In this document: positions 62,920 through 64,000 of the stretch, in pieces
Layout: each line of letters opens with the position of its first letter
Numbering within the stretch: the stretch's first letter is position 1
NCBI RefSeq assembly: GCF_963506605.1
Contig: NC_083280.1
Coordinates: forward strand, 81,964,001 to 82,028,000
Direction: 5' to 3'
Origin: Zootoca vivipara
Lineage: Eukaryota
Length of the DNA stretch: 64,000 nucleotides
Notes under the pieces: generated by a model
The model's database searches: none
Told to the model about the DNA's origin: nothing
Seen by the model: the letters and a program-made list of their open reading frames with translations, nothing else
Position numbers and translations under genes: made by a program

Positions 62920-63125
62920 AATTGCACTGGCTGCCAGGTGCTGTTTTTGCGGATAAAGCTTTATACAGTTTTGGACCAGGATATCTGAAATGTCATCTCA
63001 TCCCTTATTTATCCCAAATTGATCACTGCACTCTTCAGATGTGGGCCTTCTGCATATACCATCTTATCAGGAAGGCTGTTCCACACAATGGAGGAATTGG
63101 GCCTTTAGTGGTGGCACCTATCCTT
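62920..63125 (+). mobile_element. Old L2 fragment
   Basis: LHWLP ... KALYSFGPGYLK ... WAFS motifs. Confidence 0.7.
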
Positions 63126-63421
63126 CCATTAAACCTCTCGCAGAAGGGGCAACAAAAGAAGGGTTTCAGATGATGAATCCAGGGTCCAGATATATTCAAT
63201 CTGCAAAAGGTGTTCCATTAGATGCTGGGGTCCTGAGCCATATAGGGCTTTGCAGGTTAAAACCAACATTTGTAATTAGGCTTGGAAACATATGGGCAGC
63301 CAGCACAGTTGCGCTAGAACTGGTGTTAGTCAATCCATTAATTGATTAGAACTTTAGAGGTACAATCCTGCTGGGCTCACACATTGAAAGTGTATGATGC
63401 TGTCCTACATATATCAGTCAA

Positions 63422-63556
63422 GATTGGTTCTTCCTGCACTCAATCGGAAGCCGCGTCAGACGTTTGGCTTCCAAAAAACGTTCACAAAATGGAACACTCA
63501 TTTCTGGGAGCTGATTTGTTCAGGAGCCAAGCCGTTCGACTACCAAGGTACCACTG
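63422..63556. mobile_element. Tigger-type MITE right end
   Basis: Ends CAAGGTACCACTG|TA. Confidence 0.7.
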
Positions 63557-63956
63557 TACTCCTAGGTTCATTCTCACACAGGAGAAATCTACTCTCAGGC
63601 AGAGAAGATGTACACCCATGTTCAGAAGCATGAGGGAGCATGAGCTTGCAGAGGTTTGTAGGTGAAGATTGCAAGGTTCTACCTCAACCTTGGAATGAGG
63701 AGCCAACCAGTGATGCTCCATGCCTTCTTCATAGCTGTGACCTGGAAGGGGAGGGCCCTACTGTTCCTATGGGGTAGTTCCACACTATACAAGATTTTAC
63801 TTCATCTGCTAATAAGGATGCCCAGGTTCAAGACGAGAGGGTTCTTGTACCTTTGACAGTTGTGTAGAAGAAAGAGGATGACAGGAAGGGAGGGAAGCAA
63901 AACTTTGCTCACTACCAAGAGCTCAGAAATAAATCCTATGCTTACTTGATCTAAAG

Positions 63957-64000
63957 AAGTGGTTGCCAAACTTGGCCCTCCAGCTGTTTTTGGCCTACGA
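63957..64000. mobile_element. hAT MITE, cut by window edge
   Basis: AAACTTGGCCCTCCAGCTGTTTTTGGCCTAC matches the 26641 family. Confidence 0.75.

Noticed and set aside
1-64000. Known conserved miRNAs (let-7, miR-9, -100, -124, -125, -181) and a host gene symbol
   Set aside because: Only seed-length chance matches seen by eye; no coding exon available to name the gene.

Overview
This is eukaryotic, vertebrate DNA. The repeat content points to a squamate, probably a lacertid lizard (inference from Sauria/Squam1 SINEs, Bov-B, young L2, CR1, Penelope-like elements and many hAT/Tc1 MITEs). There are two assembly gaps. I can recognise no host protein-coding exon; the only convincing ORFs are retroelement remnants (Bov-B RT, L2 RT fragment, CR1, Penelope GIY-YIG C-terminus). 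The best reading is the 5' end of a large minus-strand transcription unit. It has a CpG-island promoter at about 52.8-56.7 kb, a first-exon donor at 53984 and several short, apparently non-coding candidate exons. These are followed by about 47 kb of intron with repeat-free, homeodomain/TALE-motif-rich blocks that look like conserved enhancers. I cannot name the gene. The most notable details are: a structurally intact minimal hammerhead ribozyme in a young Penelope insertion; a perfect 30-bp hairpin; a hAT MITE that duplicated a GC box in the CpG island; reuse of one hAT target site by two MITEs; and a Bov-B insertion whose empty site survives in a paralogous copy 14 kb away. I find no demonstrable novel biological system; these are leads.
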